Shown here: positions 9,758 to 19,200 of the stretch, piece by piece | Layout of the letters: each line of letters opens with the position of its first letter | Position numbering within the stretch: position 1 is the stretch's first letter | Assembly (NCBI GenBank): GCA_016742095.1 | Contig: JACVCJ010000014.1 | Coordinates: 17,777-81,776 of the forward strand | DNA length: 64,000 nt | Direction of reading: 5' to 3' | From: Bacteroidia bacterium | GTDB lineage: Bacteria; Bacteroidota; Bacteroidia; CAIKAF01 | The notes under the pieces: generated by a model | Database searches by the model: none | Told to the model about the DNA's origin: nothing | What the model saw: only the letters and a program-made list of their open reading frames with translations | Program-made: the position numbers and the translations under genes

Positions 9758-9868
9758 TAAGGGCTTTGAGCAGTTTCTCCATGATCCTTTCCCGCAGGAA
9801 AGAAATGTACTTTTGATGGCAGAAGGATACAATGCGTGTACATTTTTCACGTTTGTACTTTCATTTTA

Positions 9869-9876
9869 TACCTTTG
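9869..9876 (+). promoter_or_regulatory. Bacteroidota sigma-A -7 element TAccTTTG (TAnnTTTG) with an upstream TTG (9852-9854) ahead of the DUF349 gene
   Basis: The motif is read directly, 25 nt upstream of the ATG at 9901. Confidence 0.4.
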
Positions 9877-9900
9877 CAATAACAGGACTCACAGAATACA

Positions 9901-11823
9901 ATGATCATGTCAGAAAACGTAAACAACGAAGCGCTGGAACCCAGGGAGCCCGTTCTGCCTGCCACCGTGCAGAAAGAGAGCGAAGAGGATAGCATTGAAG
10001 TATCTTTCGGTCACGAAGACGAACATGCTCTGATCCAGTCGCCGGTAGCCGGTCACGAAGAGGAAGAAGAGCATGCCGATGAGGAATTTCATGCCGAAAA
10101 ACTGGATCTCCGGGAACTTTTCGAGGCGTTCAAACGCATGATCTCCGATGGTTCTATCCTGAGATCCCGCAAGAATTTCAAGAATATCCGCAGCCGTTTC
10201 CAGGAACTCATCCACGACCGTGAACACGCCGCGCTGGAACAATTCCTGGCCGAAGGCGGTGAAAAAGACGATTTCGGCTTCCAGCTTTCCCGCGAGGAAA
10301 AAGAATTTAAAGAAAAACTCCGCGATACCGAAGAGCACTTCAGCGATGTAAAACGCCGCCGTGAGCAGGAACAGACGGAGAACTACCTCAAAAAGCAGGA
10401 CGTGATCCAGGAACTGAAGAACCTGATCAGCAATGAGCAGAACATCGGCCTGGTGCAGGATAAATTCCGCGAACTGCAGGACCGCTGGAACCACATCGGT
10501 CCGGTACCGCAGAGCAAGGCCGACGATATCTGGAAGACCTACCGTTTTCATGTAGATAACTATTACCAGGCGCTGAGCATACACCGCGACCTGTTCAAGG
10601 TGGAACTGCAGAAGAACCTGGCCGAAAAAGAACGTATTGTAAAAGGCGTGGAAAGCCTGCTGAAACTGGAGTCGATCAAAAAATCGCTCGAGTTCCTGCA
10701 ATCGTACCATAAACAATGGCGCGAGATCGGGCCTATTCCCAAAGCCAAGAGCGAAGACCTGTGGCAGCGTTTCAAACAGGCTACCGAGGCCGTGTACAAA
10801 CGCCGCGACGAGTTTTTTGATAAGCTGAACGAACAGCGCAAACAGAACCTCGAGTCTAAAACACAGCTGGTACACGAACTGGAAGAATGGGCCGCAAAGG
10901 AATTCCCGTCCATGAAAGATTTTAACGAGGCACAGAAAGCCCTGGACAAGATCGAGCAGCAGTGGAAAGCCATCGGCCGTGTGCCCGAAAATGTGAGTGA
11001 CGCCATCTGGGAACGTTTCCGGGAGGCCCGCCGCCGCCTGGTGGGTAAACGTCAGTCGCTCTGGAGCGAACTCAAGAACAACTGGAACGCCAACCTCGAA
11101 AAGAAAATGAAACTGGTGGAAAAGGCCGAGGAACTGGCTCAGAGCACCGACTGGAAAAATACCCCGGCCCGCTTTAAATCCTTACAGGAAGACTGGAAAA
11201 AGATCGGCGCCGTACAGCGTGAGAAAAGCGACGAGGTATGGAACCGTTTCCGTGCCGCTGCCGACGCTTTCTTCCATGCCAGGGAAGAACACCAGAAAAA
11301 TGTGCCGAACCAGGAACTGGAGAACCTGGAGAAGAAAAAGGCCGTTCTGGAACAGATAAAGGCTTACGAGCATACCGAAGACCTGCAGGAAAGTTTCCGT
11401 GCCATGGAAGAGTTCCGCAGTGCCTATAAAGCTATCGGTTTTGTGCCTTTCAAGGAGAAACAGCATATCGAAAAAGCGTTCGAGGACGCTTCTAACGAGT
11501 TCTTTGCGAAGATCAACGTAGACCCGGCCGAAAAGGAAAAGATCATCTACAAGGGAATGATCGATACCATGCTGGCCTCGGCAAACCCGTACGATGCCCT
11601 GAAGAACGAACGTACCCAGCTGCGTACCCGCATTGAAAAACTGCGGCAGGAAGTATCCCAGCTCGAAAGCAATCTTACCTTCTTTGGCAATAGCAAAAAT
11701 GCCGATGCCCTTAAAAAACCGTACGAAGAAAAGATCGAAAGGAACAAGCAGATGCTCAGCGACCTGGACATGAGACTGATCCAGGTACGTGTCGCGATCC
11801 GGCCGTTCGAAGAGAAAAAATAA
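9901..11823 (+). CDS. DUF349 repeat protein
   Basis: The 640-aa product has an acidic N-terminus and about 8 repeats of ~75 aa, each containing W(K/R/N)xIG(P/R/A)(V/I)P (WNHIGPVP, WREIGPIP, WKAIGRVP, WKKIGAVQ, YKAIGFVP), which is diagnostic for DUF349. Confidence 0.75.
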   Translation: MIMSENVNNEALEPREPVLPATVQKESEEDSIEVSFGHEDEHALIQSPVAGHEEEEEHADEEFHAEKLDLRELFEAFKRMISDGSILRSRKNFKNIRSRFQELIHDREHAALEQFLAEGGEKDDFGFQLSREEKEFKEKLRDTEEHFSDVKRRREQEQTENYLKKQDVIQELKNLISNEQNIGLVQDKFRELQDRWNHIGPVPQSKADDIWKTYRFHVDNYYQALSIHRDLFKVELQKNLAEKERIVKGVESLLKLESIKKSLEFLQSYHKQWREIGPIPKAKSEDLWQRFKQATEAVYKRRDEFFDKLNEQRKQNLESKTQLVHELEEWAAKEFPSMKDFNEAQKALDKIEQQWKAIGRVPENVSDAIWERFREARRRLVGKRQSLWSELKNNWNANLEKKMKLVEKAEELAQSTDWKNTPARFKSLQEDWKKIGAVQREKSDEVWNRFRAAADAFFHAREEHQKNVPNQELENLEKKKAVLEQIKAYEHTEDLQESFRAMEEFRSAYKAIGFVPFKEKQHIEKAFEDASNEFFAKINVDPAEKEKIIYKGMIDTMLASANPYDALKNERTQLRTRIEKLRQEVSQLESNLTFFGNSKNADALKKPYEEKIERNKQMLSDLDMRLIQVRVAIRPFEEKK

Positions 11824-11828
11824 AAGGA

Positions 11829-11855
11829 AGCCTCGCAGAAGCGGGGCTTTTTTTA
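11829..11855 (+). terminator. rho-independent terminator after the DUF349 gene
   Basis: GCCTCGCagaaGCGGGGC forms a 7-bp stem with one G-U pair, followed by TTTTTTT. Confidence 0.6.
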
Positions 11856-11861
11856 TGACTT

Positions 11862-12458
11862 TCAGGAGCGGGCAAAGCGGAGCAGGGGTACGATATCGCC
11901 GGCATCAGCAGCCCTCAGGGCATGCAGGTACGCACTGCGGGCAAGACCCTGCCGGGCCAGGTTTCCGCGACCCCAGCTGAACACCGGCTGTCCCCGGAGT
12001 TTGCTGGTGATAATATCGGCCAGCAGGCGGCTATGCCTGCCGTTCCCGTTGCAGAAACAATGTATGCTCACCAGGCGGTGCTTAAAACGCAGTGCAGCCT
12101 CGTCCGGACTGTATACCTGCATCTGCTGCCAGTACAGCGCATCGTCGAGCAGGCATTTCAGTGCGCCGGGTATCTGCCAGCGGTTTATGCCCAGGTTCTT
12201 TTCGCTCTGCCTGAATTCCCCGGCCCAGTTCCACACGTTGCCGAACATCTGCTGATGCACACGGCGTATAAAGGCTTCACTGAATACCTCTGCCGGCCGG
12301 AAAGAACGTCTCAGGGACCAGAGCATGGCCTCTTCGATATTCTGTTGTTCAAACTCGTCCAGTTCGGCATGCGTTTGTATGCCCGGGATCCGTAAACCCT
12401 CTGCCTCGCTTTCGTCCAGCGGCGTTTGTCCCGGAAGATATACAAAGCTTAATCCCAC
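11862..12458 (-). CDS. Fic/Doc-family protein of the 'mobile mystery protein B' type
   Basis: The Fic motif HxFx(D/E)GNGRxxR is present as HCFCNGNGRHSRLL. At ~198 aa, and with an HTH partner gene immediately upstream overlapping by 10 bp, it matches the mobile-mystery A/B pair architecture. Confidence 0.8.
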   Translation of the reverse strand: MGLSFVYLPGQTPLDESEAEGLRIPGIQTHAELDEFEQQNIEEAMLWSLRRSFRPAEVFSEAFIRRVHQQMFGNVWNWAGEFRQSEKNLGINRWQIPGALKCLLDDALYWQQMQVYSPDEAALRFKHRLVSIHCFCNGNGRHSRLLADIITSKLRGQPVFSWGRGNLARQGLARSAYLHALRAADAGDIVPLLRFARS

Positions 12459-12922
12459 AGTATTTTAGGCATTTCGTTCTTGAGCAGGACCGTACGTTCT
12501 TCAATGGCTTTGCGGATGCGTTGTTCGGAGTTTTCCTGGCCTTCGAGCAGCATGGTATGGGAGCTGCGGAGTACAATTTCAGTGGCCAGCTCACGGGCCT
12601 TTTGTTCAATGAGGGCATCGAGGGAGCCGCCGTTAGGTACAAAACCATACACCAGCTGCATATCCAGGGCCCGGGCCGTTTCGCGCAGGGAACGCAGGGT
12701 AATGCTGCCTTCCTGTTCGCGTTTTTCAATGTCCTGCACGCTCTGTTTACTGATGGAGAGTTTGCGCCCCAGTTGTTGCATAGACATGCCCAGGGCCGAA
12801 CGTATGGTACGTACCCAGCCCGAAGCCGGTACCGCCTGCTGCTGTACGGAGGCGAAGGACACCATTTTGTTGTTTAACTGCTGTATCTGTAAGTTTTTGC
12901 GCGACATAATTCCTGTATTCAC
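12449..12922 (-). CDS. HTH (XRE-like) DNA-binding protein of the 'mobile mystery protein A' type
   Basis: The start is a GTG at 12922 (MNTGIMS..), with an alternative ATG at 12907. The HTH segment is SALGMSMQQLGRKLSISKQSVQDIEKRE. At 157 aa it overlaps the Fic gene in an operon-like way. Confidence 0.7.
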   Translation of the reverse strand: MNTGIMSRKNLQIQQLNNKMVSFASVQQQAVPASGWVRTIRSALGMSMQQLGRKLSISKQSVQDIEKREQEGSITLRSLRETARALDMQLVYGFVPNGGSLDALIEQKARELATEIVLRSSHTMLLEGQENSEQRIRKAIEERTVLLKNEMPKILWD

Positions 12923-12943
12923 TCCTCAAAAGTACAACTATTC

Positions 12944-12970
12944 TATGACATTTGAAAATAATTTGTCATA
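12944..12970. promoter_or_regulatory. inverted repeat TATGACA-N13-TGTCATA upstream of the HTH gene; candidate operator
   Basis: It is read directly. The same GTCATA/TATGAC half-site also forms the arms of the hairpin at 12992-13019. Confidence 0.35.
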
Positions 12971-12980
12971 TAATAACTTT

Positions 12981-13019
12981 ACTTTTAATATAAAAAGTCA
13001 TACTATACTATGACTTTTT
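12981..13019 (-). terminator. hairpin downstream of the PorU-like gene, a probable terminator on the minus strand
   Basis: AAAAAGTCATActatacTATGACTTTTT forms an 11-bp stem and is followed on the minus strand by a U/A-rich tract. Confidence 0.4.
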
Positions 13020-13075
13020 GTTTCCGGGGAATAATTTTCCGGGCAGGTTCAGCCGTTCAGACATACGTTGGAAAC

Positions 13076-16000
13076 TTAGCGCATCAGGTACATTTTTCCG
13101 AATCCTTTCTTGAAGAAGGAGTCGGCCTCGGTAGCACGACGGTCGATATTTTCGCCGTTGATCTCTGTATAAGCGCGGTACAGGTAAACGCCGGAGGCCA
13201 GTTTGTTGCCGAACTCGTCGGTGCCGTCCCAGGCGTAATCGGTAATGTTGTTGCCGATGTGAATGTTGCCGAGCTCTTCCATCATGATCTCGCGTACGAT
13301 CACCCCGTTGATATTAAAGATCTGTATCTTGAAGAAAGTGGGCAGTTCGCTGCCGGTGAGTGTAAATACAAAGCGGGTAGAGGTGCTGAAGGGGTTGGGG
13401 TAATTGAGGATCTGGGTAATACTCGATTTGTTCACAATGTTGAAGCGGATCCTGTAATCGAAGGTGCCGTCGCCGTTGCCGCTGGCATTATTGGTCTTAT
13501 CGCGGGCGCGCAGCATCAGTTCGTACTGGCCGTCGGCCATGGAGAAATCCGGGCGGAATTCGAGCCGGGCATTGTTCTTGGAATTGGTGGCCGGGTAAAA
13601 ACTCACGTCGGAACCGCTCAGCGGAACGGGCACGATATTCGAACTGCCCGGGTAACGCAGGAAAACCTCGAAGCTCGACGTATCGTTCAGCAGCAGTATG
13701 GGGTTTTCGTCCTTCAGCTGGATCAGGATCACCGGTTTGGCCGATACAATGTCGCCGTCCATGATCCGTACTCCGTCAAAGGTAACGTCCAGCAGGGGAT
13801 TGATCTTGTCTTTATCAGTATAGAAAGGCCGGTCGGCCAGGTTATTGAAATGGTACTGCTCCGTAAAACGGTCGGGCCGGTCCAGCGGGTTGGCCTCGGT
13901 CCAGAGGACGTTCAGGCCCGGGTAATTCATGTTTTCGATCGTAAAAGTGTCCAGCAGGAACTGTCCCACAGTAAGGCCGTTGTACTTTTTGTAGAAATTG
14001 GTAACGGCATTGTTGCTGTTCACGATAAAGTGTTTCACAATAACGGAATCGGTATTGTAATCGCCGATGTTCTCCACGGGCATCACCAGTCGCAGCGTCT
14101 GGCCCTGTGGCAGGGTATCGGCCGCAAAGGAAAAGCCGGAACGTGCCGGGTTCAGCGATATTTCGGGCACGCCTTCGTACAGCACGTGCCAGCGCCGCAG
14201 TTGTGCCGGTGTGCGGATGCTGTCGTCCCGGGTAAAGAAACGCAGTTTCAGGTAAGGGTACTGGCTGGCATTGATGGTGTTGCCCAGGTTGAACACTTCG
14301 CCCGGAACAGGTTGCAGCGCACTGATGAGCGTGGTTTCCACGCCGCCGTTCACCCCGATGATGTCTACGGAAACGCTGTCGAAACTGGGAATTTCGGTAC
14401 TCTGCTGAAAATAGCTCATGTAATCCCAGTTTTTGGCCGGACCGATCAGCGGACTTTCGATATTCCCGAAGATCCAGTCATTTTCCAGGTCCTGGGTAAG
14501 CGTAATGGTAGCGGAAGGACTGTTCCCCACCACTTCGGCGGTAGTGGCCGGGTATCCCTTGCGGGTAAAGAAAATATAGGGCAGGTTTTGTCCGCCGGCG
14601 GCCAGCAGTTGTATGGAATCGGCGCCGAGATTGATAAAAGCATTGAGCTGATCGGGCGTAAACTGGCTGAAGTTGGTGCTCCACATGGTATAGGCCAGTA
14701 TGTAATGCCCGTTGGGAACGGTGTTGTTCAGCAGGTTCTTGAGTTGTTCACGGGAGTTATTATCGCCCTGCAGGTAGATGAAATAAGCTTCCTGGCGGTC
14801 GCGGCAGGGTAGCTGGCACTGGTTGTACTGTCCCAGGTTATAACCGCCGGTACCGGTACAGTTCGTTTTCCAGGGTTCCAGTGTAAGAGGATCGATAATG
14901 GCCACATAGATACCCGGAATGGTATTACAGGCACCATATTCCATCAGTATGCCGTCCATATCGTATTTACACTGTTCGCTCTGTGCCACGCTTACATTAC
15001 CTATGGTAACGCAGCGCAGCTGTTTGCGGTTCTCATTGAATTCGAACAGGCGCTGCGGTTCATTGTAATCGATATACGTATATTTATCGTTCCTGAACTG
15101 CGGAAAATCGGCCTGGCCCCAGCCTCGCTTGTTCACAATGTACTGGAACGAAGAATAGCGCCATTTTCCAAACGTAAGGTTCCCGGTGGTATCCACGCCT
15201 ACGCGCCAGTAAAACACGGTACTGTCGGGCATGTTCAGCTGCGGGTTCCATTGCATTACCCCGCCGGTCTGACTGATGAGCGTGTCTTTTTTCCAGCTGC
15301 TGGTAAAATAGGCATTGGTGTCTATTTCCATGCGGTAATTACGCAGGGGTGCAAAAAGATTCCCCGTTACGGCCTTTATTTTTGTGTTGGGCAGGGGCAC
15401 CACGGCAAATTCCTGCGGGTAAACGGGTATCACTTCGGCAGAGGCGATATTTACCGTTTTTACCACTTTGTTGTTGAACTCGTTCAGTTCTTCCACGAAG
15501 TTGTTCGGGTCCAGCGTAATGGTAAAGATATTGCTGCCCTGGCCGTTCACCGGATCGGTGGCGAACGTAAGCCGGAGCGTATCCGAAAACATCAGGGGCG
15601 GCAGTTTGTAGGCATAAATATCGTTGGGTTTGCCCTGTTTGGGATAATCGCGTATTACCTCGATACGCAGGGAGTCGTTCATGGCGCGGCCGTAGTTGGT
15701 TATGGCTATGGTGATATGAAAAGAATCCTGGTCGGTCGTGATCACCGCCGGACTTACCACCACGCTCTGGTCCGTGATCATGGGGTCGGGCCTGGTATAG
15801 GACATGATCTTCAGCGCCGGGTCGCCGTGGATGGAGAACTCCAGGTAGTTCAGTATGTCGAAAAAGCCGCCGTTCTGTATATACAGCTCATTTACGGACG
15901 CAGTAAGACATTCCCCGATACTTTTGGTATACATATCGCGGGAAACGTTTCGGTACCAGGTACGCGTAATGTTGAATACGGGGTTCTGCAGGCTGTATCC

Positions 16001-18100
16001 CACGGCAGAAAGGAAGGCCACGGAACCTTTTTCGGGTTCCAGCACGAAGCGTTCGCTGATGGTGGGCGTAGCCTGGAACAGGTCGCCCGAGAGGCAGGAG
16101 TTGGCCACGATCACCGGGTAACGCCCGCTGTTGTTGTAATCGGCTGGTTCTTCAATATTGATATCGAAGCCGCTGCCCGAGGCATGTCCGAAGAAGGTCA
16201 TCAGCGCTACGCCGTTATTGATGATCCCCTTGAGGCTGTCGGCCACGGTCTGTGATACCGGAGCATTGGACGATTTTCCGAAGAACAGCGCACGGCCGGC
16301 CATCGCCGAATCCTGCCAGTGCGATTTATAGGTGTCCAGGTACGATTTGAACAGGTTCTGTTCTGCCTGGCTCGATCCGCCCGCAAAATGCAGGGCCTTT
16401 TTCATCCATTCGGCAGGGTGGTTCTGTTCGTTCTGCTGTACCTTCAGCAGGTAATTGCTTACATCGGCCGGGGTACGTGCCGCCAGGCGCCCGATGGGGG
16501 TGTGATGCCTGGGCGGACTGGTATTTTCGTATACATAGTTATTGTCCGTAGGCGGATAGCCCATGGCCGGTATATAGTTCTGCGCGGCTACGGCGGGATT
16601 CAGCCGCACCTGATCGGGGAAATACGATTTGCCGATAATGAATATGGCTTTCGGTTTTATGTTCCACTGCTGCCGGGCATAGTTCAGGAAGCGGTAAATA
16701 CCCAGTGGGTGTCCGTTCATGCCGAACCCGAACTGGTCGTACAGCTCGCGCACGTCCAGAACCAGCGGATTGTAACCGCTCAGGTTGCGGTATGCGGCGT
16801 ATTGCAGGGCCTCGTTCCAGAAAAAGGATGAGGTGATCACCAGGTAATCGCGGTTGGAATACATGGCGCTGAGATCCCGGAATTTGCCCGGCAGCGCCCC
16901 GGCCGAATTCACCGGCTGTATATTGCTCACCTTGATGGTGGCGCTGTCCGACGTAAGAATACATTGCTTGTTGCCGCTGCCGCCGTTGGGTACCACCACC
17001 TGCCAGTTGCCGGAAACGTTCTGCACCTGTATACGTTTTCCGTTGCTTACATCGTACAGGTACACCTGGGAACCGAGGGCGTTAAAATTGCTGATGGACA
17101 GCGTGTATTTGGCCTGCGCCGCATTATTGGGAACATACAGTATGTGCGAACTGCGGTTGCTCAGGTTATAGGTCTGCGGAAGCAGCGCGCGCACATAGCT
17201 GAGGGCATTGCGTGTGGACGGACTGGAAGGTGCCGGGGCAAAACCTACCGAATATACATTGGCGGCGGCCGCTACCGAAGAAGCAGAGGCGTTGAGGTTG
17301 TAGCGGTTAAAGCTGAAATTGTACAGGTTGGAATCGATCTGGGCCGAACCGAACGTAACCTTGTGGTTATGGTCAAAGTTCATCAGGTTGGACGAAGGGT
17401 TCGACGCGCCTGCGGCCCACACGCTCAGGCTGGCCTGGGGCCCCGCAGTGTACATGGTGTTCTTCAGGTTGGCAAAATCGCCTGTCCAGCCCTGGTTAAT
17501 GGTTTGTGCATTGGTGTAGATGGTGGCATAGCCTTCGCCGCTCTGGTAGCGGGCGTCTTTCTGAAAACTGCTGTAAAAAGCGCCCTCGTTGTATGTGGAA
17601 CGGTAGCCCTGTTCCACCAGCGCCCAGTAAAAAGGAGAGGTGTTCCAGGCGCTGAAATTATTATCGAGCTCCGTTACGAAACGCAGCCCGAAACTGGTGC
17701 CGGTCGTAAGAAAATAAGAGGCCGTATCGGTGTACAGGTTCACTTTTTTGTTGCCCTGCCATCCCGGCTGAAAATACAGTACGGAGTCGGGCGTACCGTC
17801 GTTGCTGATGCCGAAAAAGTCGATATGATCGCCGGGATCGAACTGTCCGTCGCCCTGTCCGGCTATGTAAACGGTCTGTTGCTGTCCGCGGAAATACAGC
17901 TGAAAATACCTCGGGTCCGAACTGTTCACCGGGAAACCCGAAGCCGCGAGGGCCGCGTAGGTAATGCGGTGCATGCCTGTTTCGGTCACCTGGATCTTGT
18001 AGTAGCTCTGGTCGTACCGGATCCATTCGTTACCATATACCTGGCTGCGTGCCGCAAGAGGAAGCAGAAAAAAAAGTATATAGATCAGGTGCTTTTTCAT
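13076..18100 (-). CDS. porU: PorU-like T9SS C25-family (gingipain-like) peptidase / sortase carrying a C-terminal T9SS sorting domain
   Basis: The 1674-aa product has a signal peptide, then GNEWIRYDQSYYKIQV.., the characteristic PorU N-terminal region. A C25-peptidase-like region follows (..YLVITSSFFWNEALQYAAYRNLSGYNPLVLDVRELYDQFG..IFIIGKSY..). The last ~80 aa (..ILNYPNPFSTSTRFVFTL..GVYLYRAYTEING..) look like a T9SS C-terminal domain. A PorV-like gene is immediately adjacent. Confidence 0.6.
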   Translation of the reverse strand: MKKHLIYILFFLLPLAARSQVYGNEWIRYDQSYYKIQVTETGMHRITYAALAASGFPVNSSDPRYFQLYFRGQQQTVYIAGQGDGQFDPGDHIDFFGISNDGTPDSVLYFQPGWQGNKKVNLYTDTASYFLTTGTSFGLRFVTELDNNFSAWNTSPFYWALVEQGYRSTYNEGAFYSSFQKDARYQSGEGYATIYTNAQTINQGWTGDFANLKNTMYTAGPQASLSVWAAGASNPSSNLMNFDHNHKVTFGSAQIDSNLYNFSFNRYNLNASASSVAAAANVYSVGFAPAPSSPSTRNALSYVRALLPQTYNLSNRSSHILYVPNNAAQAKYTLSISNFNALGSQVYLYDVSNGKRIQVQNVSGNWQVVVPNGGSGNKQCILTSDSATIKVSNIQPVNSAGALPGKFRDLSAMYSNRDYLVITSSFFWNEALQYAAYRNLSGYNPLVLDVRELYDQFGFGMNGHPLGIYRFLNYARQQWNIKPKAIFIIGKSYFPDQVRLNPAVAAQNYIPAMGYPPTDNNYVYENTSPPRHHTPIGRLAARTPADVSNYLLKVQQNEQNHPAEWMKKALHFAGGSSQAEQNLFKSYLDTYKSHWQDSAMAGRALFFGKSSNAPVSQTVADSLKGIINNGVALMTFFGHASGSGFDINIEEPADYNNSGRYPVIVANSCLSGDLFQATPTISERFVLEPEKGSVAFLSAVGYSLQNPVFNITRTWYRNVSRDMYTKSIGECLTASVNELYIQNGGFFDILNYLEFSIHGDPALKIMSYTRPDPMITDQSVVVSPAVITTDQDSFHITIAITNYGRAMNDSLRIEVIRDYPKQGKPNDIYAYKLPPLMFSDTLRLTFATDPVNGQGSNIFTITLDPNNFVEELNEFNNKVVKTVNIASAEVIPVYPQEFAVVPLPNTKIKAVTGNLFAPLRNYRMEIDTNAYFTSSWKKDTLISQTGGVMQWNPQLNMPDSTVFYWRVGVDTTGNLTFGKWRYSSFQYIVNKRGWGQADFPQFRNDKYTYIDYNEPQRLFEFNENRKQLRCVTIGNVSVAQSEQCKYDMDGILMEYGACNTIPGIYVAIIDPLTLEPWKTNCTGTGGYNLGQYNQCQLPCRDRQEAYFIYLQGDNNSREQLKNLLNNTVPNGHYILAYTMWSTNFSQFTPDQLNAFINLGADSIQLLAAGGQNLPYIFFTRKGYPATTAEVVGNSPSATITLTQDLENDWIFGNIESPLIGPAKNWDYMSYFQQSTEIPSFDSVSVDIIGVNGGVETTLISALQPVPGEVFNLGNTINASQYPYLKLRFFTRDDSIRTPAQLRRWHVLYEGVPEISLNPARSGFSFAADTLPQGQTLRLVMPVENIGDYNTDSVIVKHFIVNSNNAVTNFYKKYNGLTVGQFLLDTFTIENMNYPGLNVLWTEANPLDRPDRFTEQYHFNNLADRPFYTDKDKINPLLDVTFDGVRIMDGDIVSAKPVILIQLKDENPILLLNDTSSFEVFLRYPGSSNIVPVPLSGSDVSFYPATNSKNNARLEFRPDFSMADGQYELMLRARDKTNNASGNGDGTFDYRIRFNIVNKSSITQILNYPNPFSTSTRFVFTLTGSELPTFFKIQIFNINGVIVREIMMEELGNIHIGNNITDYAWDGTDEFGNKLASGVYLYRAYTEINGENIDRRATEADSFFKKGFGKMYLMR

Positions 18101-19200
18101 TCGCTTTTCTTTTTGCCGGATTTAAGATTGAGTCCCACGCGCAACGAGAATACGTGCGAAAACAAAAAGGTACTCTGGTTGCCGAGGGAGGCCAGGGCGT
18201 AATCCACGTAAATGGTCTTTACCCGGAAACCGGCCCCGATATTGGGCTTCACCAGCCATATATCCTTGCTGCCGTCGCCTTTGCTGCGCTGGAACTGGCC
18301 TACGCCGCCCCGGATGAACACAATGTCTTTGTACCCGAATTCCACGGCGATACGCGGGTCCATACTGAGCGGTTTCCCCGCTACCAGTACGTTACGCTTG
18401 CCGTCGGTGGTAATGATCCAGTCGAGCGAGGGTCGTACAAAATACCGCTGTTTTTTATCGATCCACTGCTGGTACGAAGCTCCCAGCACGATCTGCGGCA
18501 GCGCCAGTTCCGAGGATTTACGCAGTATCTCGTTGCCGGTAAGGGCAAAGGTCTTTTCAAACGTTTCGGTGTTGTAGCTGAAGTTGGTTATCGTAGTGGT
18601 AATATCGCGCAGCAGCAGTCCTGCCCGCAGGTTCCGGTACTGGTACTGTACGCCCAGGTCCACGCCAAAGCCCCAGCCTTTACCAAATTCCCCGATGTTG
18701 CGGTGCAGCACCTTCATACTGCCGCCCACGCTGAGGCCTTTTACAGGCATCTGCCGGGCAAAGGATACAAAGAATGCATAATCGGCCACGGAAAACGCGG
18801 TGATACGGTCGTAACGGATACGTCCGTCGCTGTCGATCAGTTCCAGGGTGTTCGGGATATTGTCCACCCCGCTGCGGATCACCCCGAAACCCAGTCCGTT
18901 CTTTTCTCCGGCCTTGATGCCGATGGCCCCGAAGTCATATTTTACGATGCCGCCGAAGTGTTCATTGTGCATCAGGGAAACGTCCAGCGTACTTTTGAGC
19001 CGGGTAAGGCCCGCCGGGTTCCAGTAAATGGAAGAAGCGTCCTCGGATATGGACGTATAGGCATTGCTCATGCCCAGTGCGCGTGCATTCACCCCAATAT
19101 CGAGATAGGCATTGGTGTAGGTGTAGGTCTGGGCGCGACAAGCCGCCGCCATAAAAAAAGCGGCAAGCACAGGGTATATGTTAATGCAGATGAATTTCAC
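18097..19200 (-). CDS. porV: PorV-like (LptO) T9SS outer-membrane beta-barrel protein, FadL-like family
   Basis: The 367-aa product has a signal peptide and a conserved ..NARALGMSNAYTSISEDASSIYWNPAGL.. segment, and ends in aromatic-rich beta-strands. It overlaps the start of the PorU-like gene by 4 bp. Confidence 0.55.
   Translation of the reverse strand: MKFICINIYPVLAAFFMAAACRAQTYTYTNAYLDIGVNARALGMSNAYTSISEDASSIYWNPAGLTRLKSTLDVSLMHNEHFGGIVKYDFGAIGIKAGEKNGLGFGVIRSGVDNIPNTLELIDSDGRIRYDRITAFSVADYAFFVSFARQMPVKGLSVGGSMKVLHRNIGEFGKGWGFGVDLGVQYQYRNLRAGLLLRDITTTITNFSYNTETFEKTFALTGNEILRKSSELALPQIVLGASYQQWIDKKQRYFVRPSLDWIITTDGKRNVLVAGKPLSMDPRIAVEFGYKDIVFIRGGVGQFQRSKGDGSKDIWLVKPNIGAGFRVKTIYVDYALASLGNQSTFLFSHVFSLRVGLNLKSGKKKSE

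Noticed and set aside
9758-9830. Possible terminator hairpin CTTTCCcgcaGGAAAG after the M23 peptidase gene
   Set aside because: The stem is only 6 bp and no T-run follows directly, so it is too weak to call.
13010-14812. 600-aa plus-strand ORF
   Set aside because: It is antisense to the PorU-like gene and has no motifs. The same reasoning covers 15251..16255, 16964..18202 and 18049..19209, which are antisense to porU and porV.
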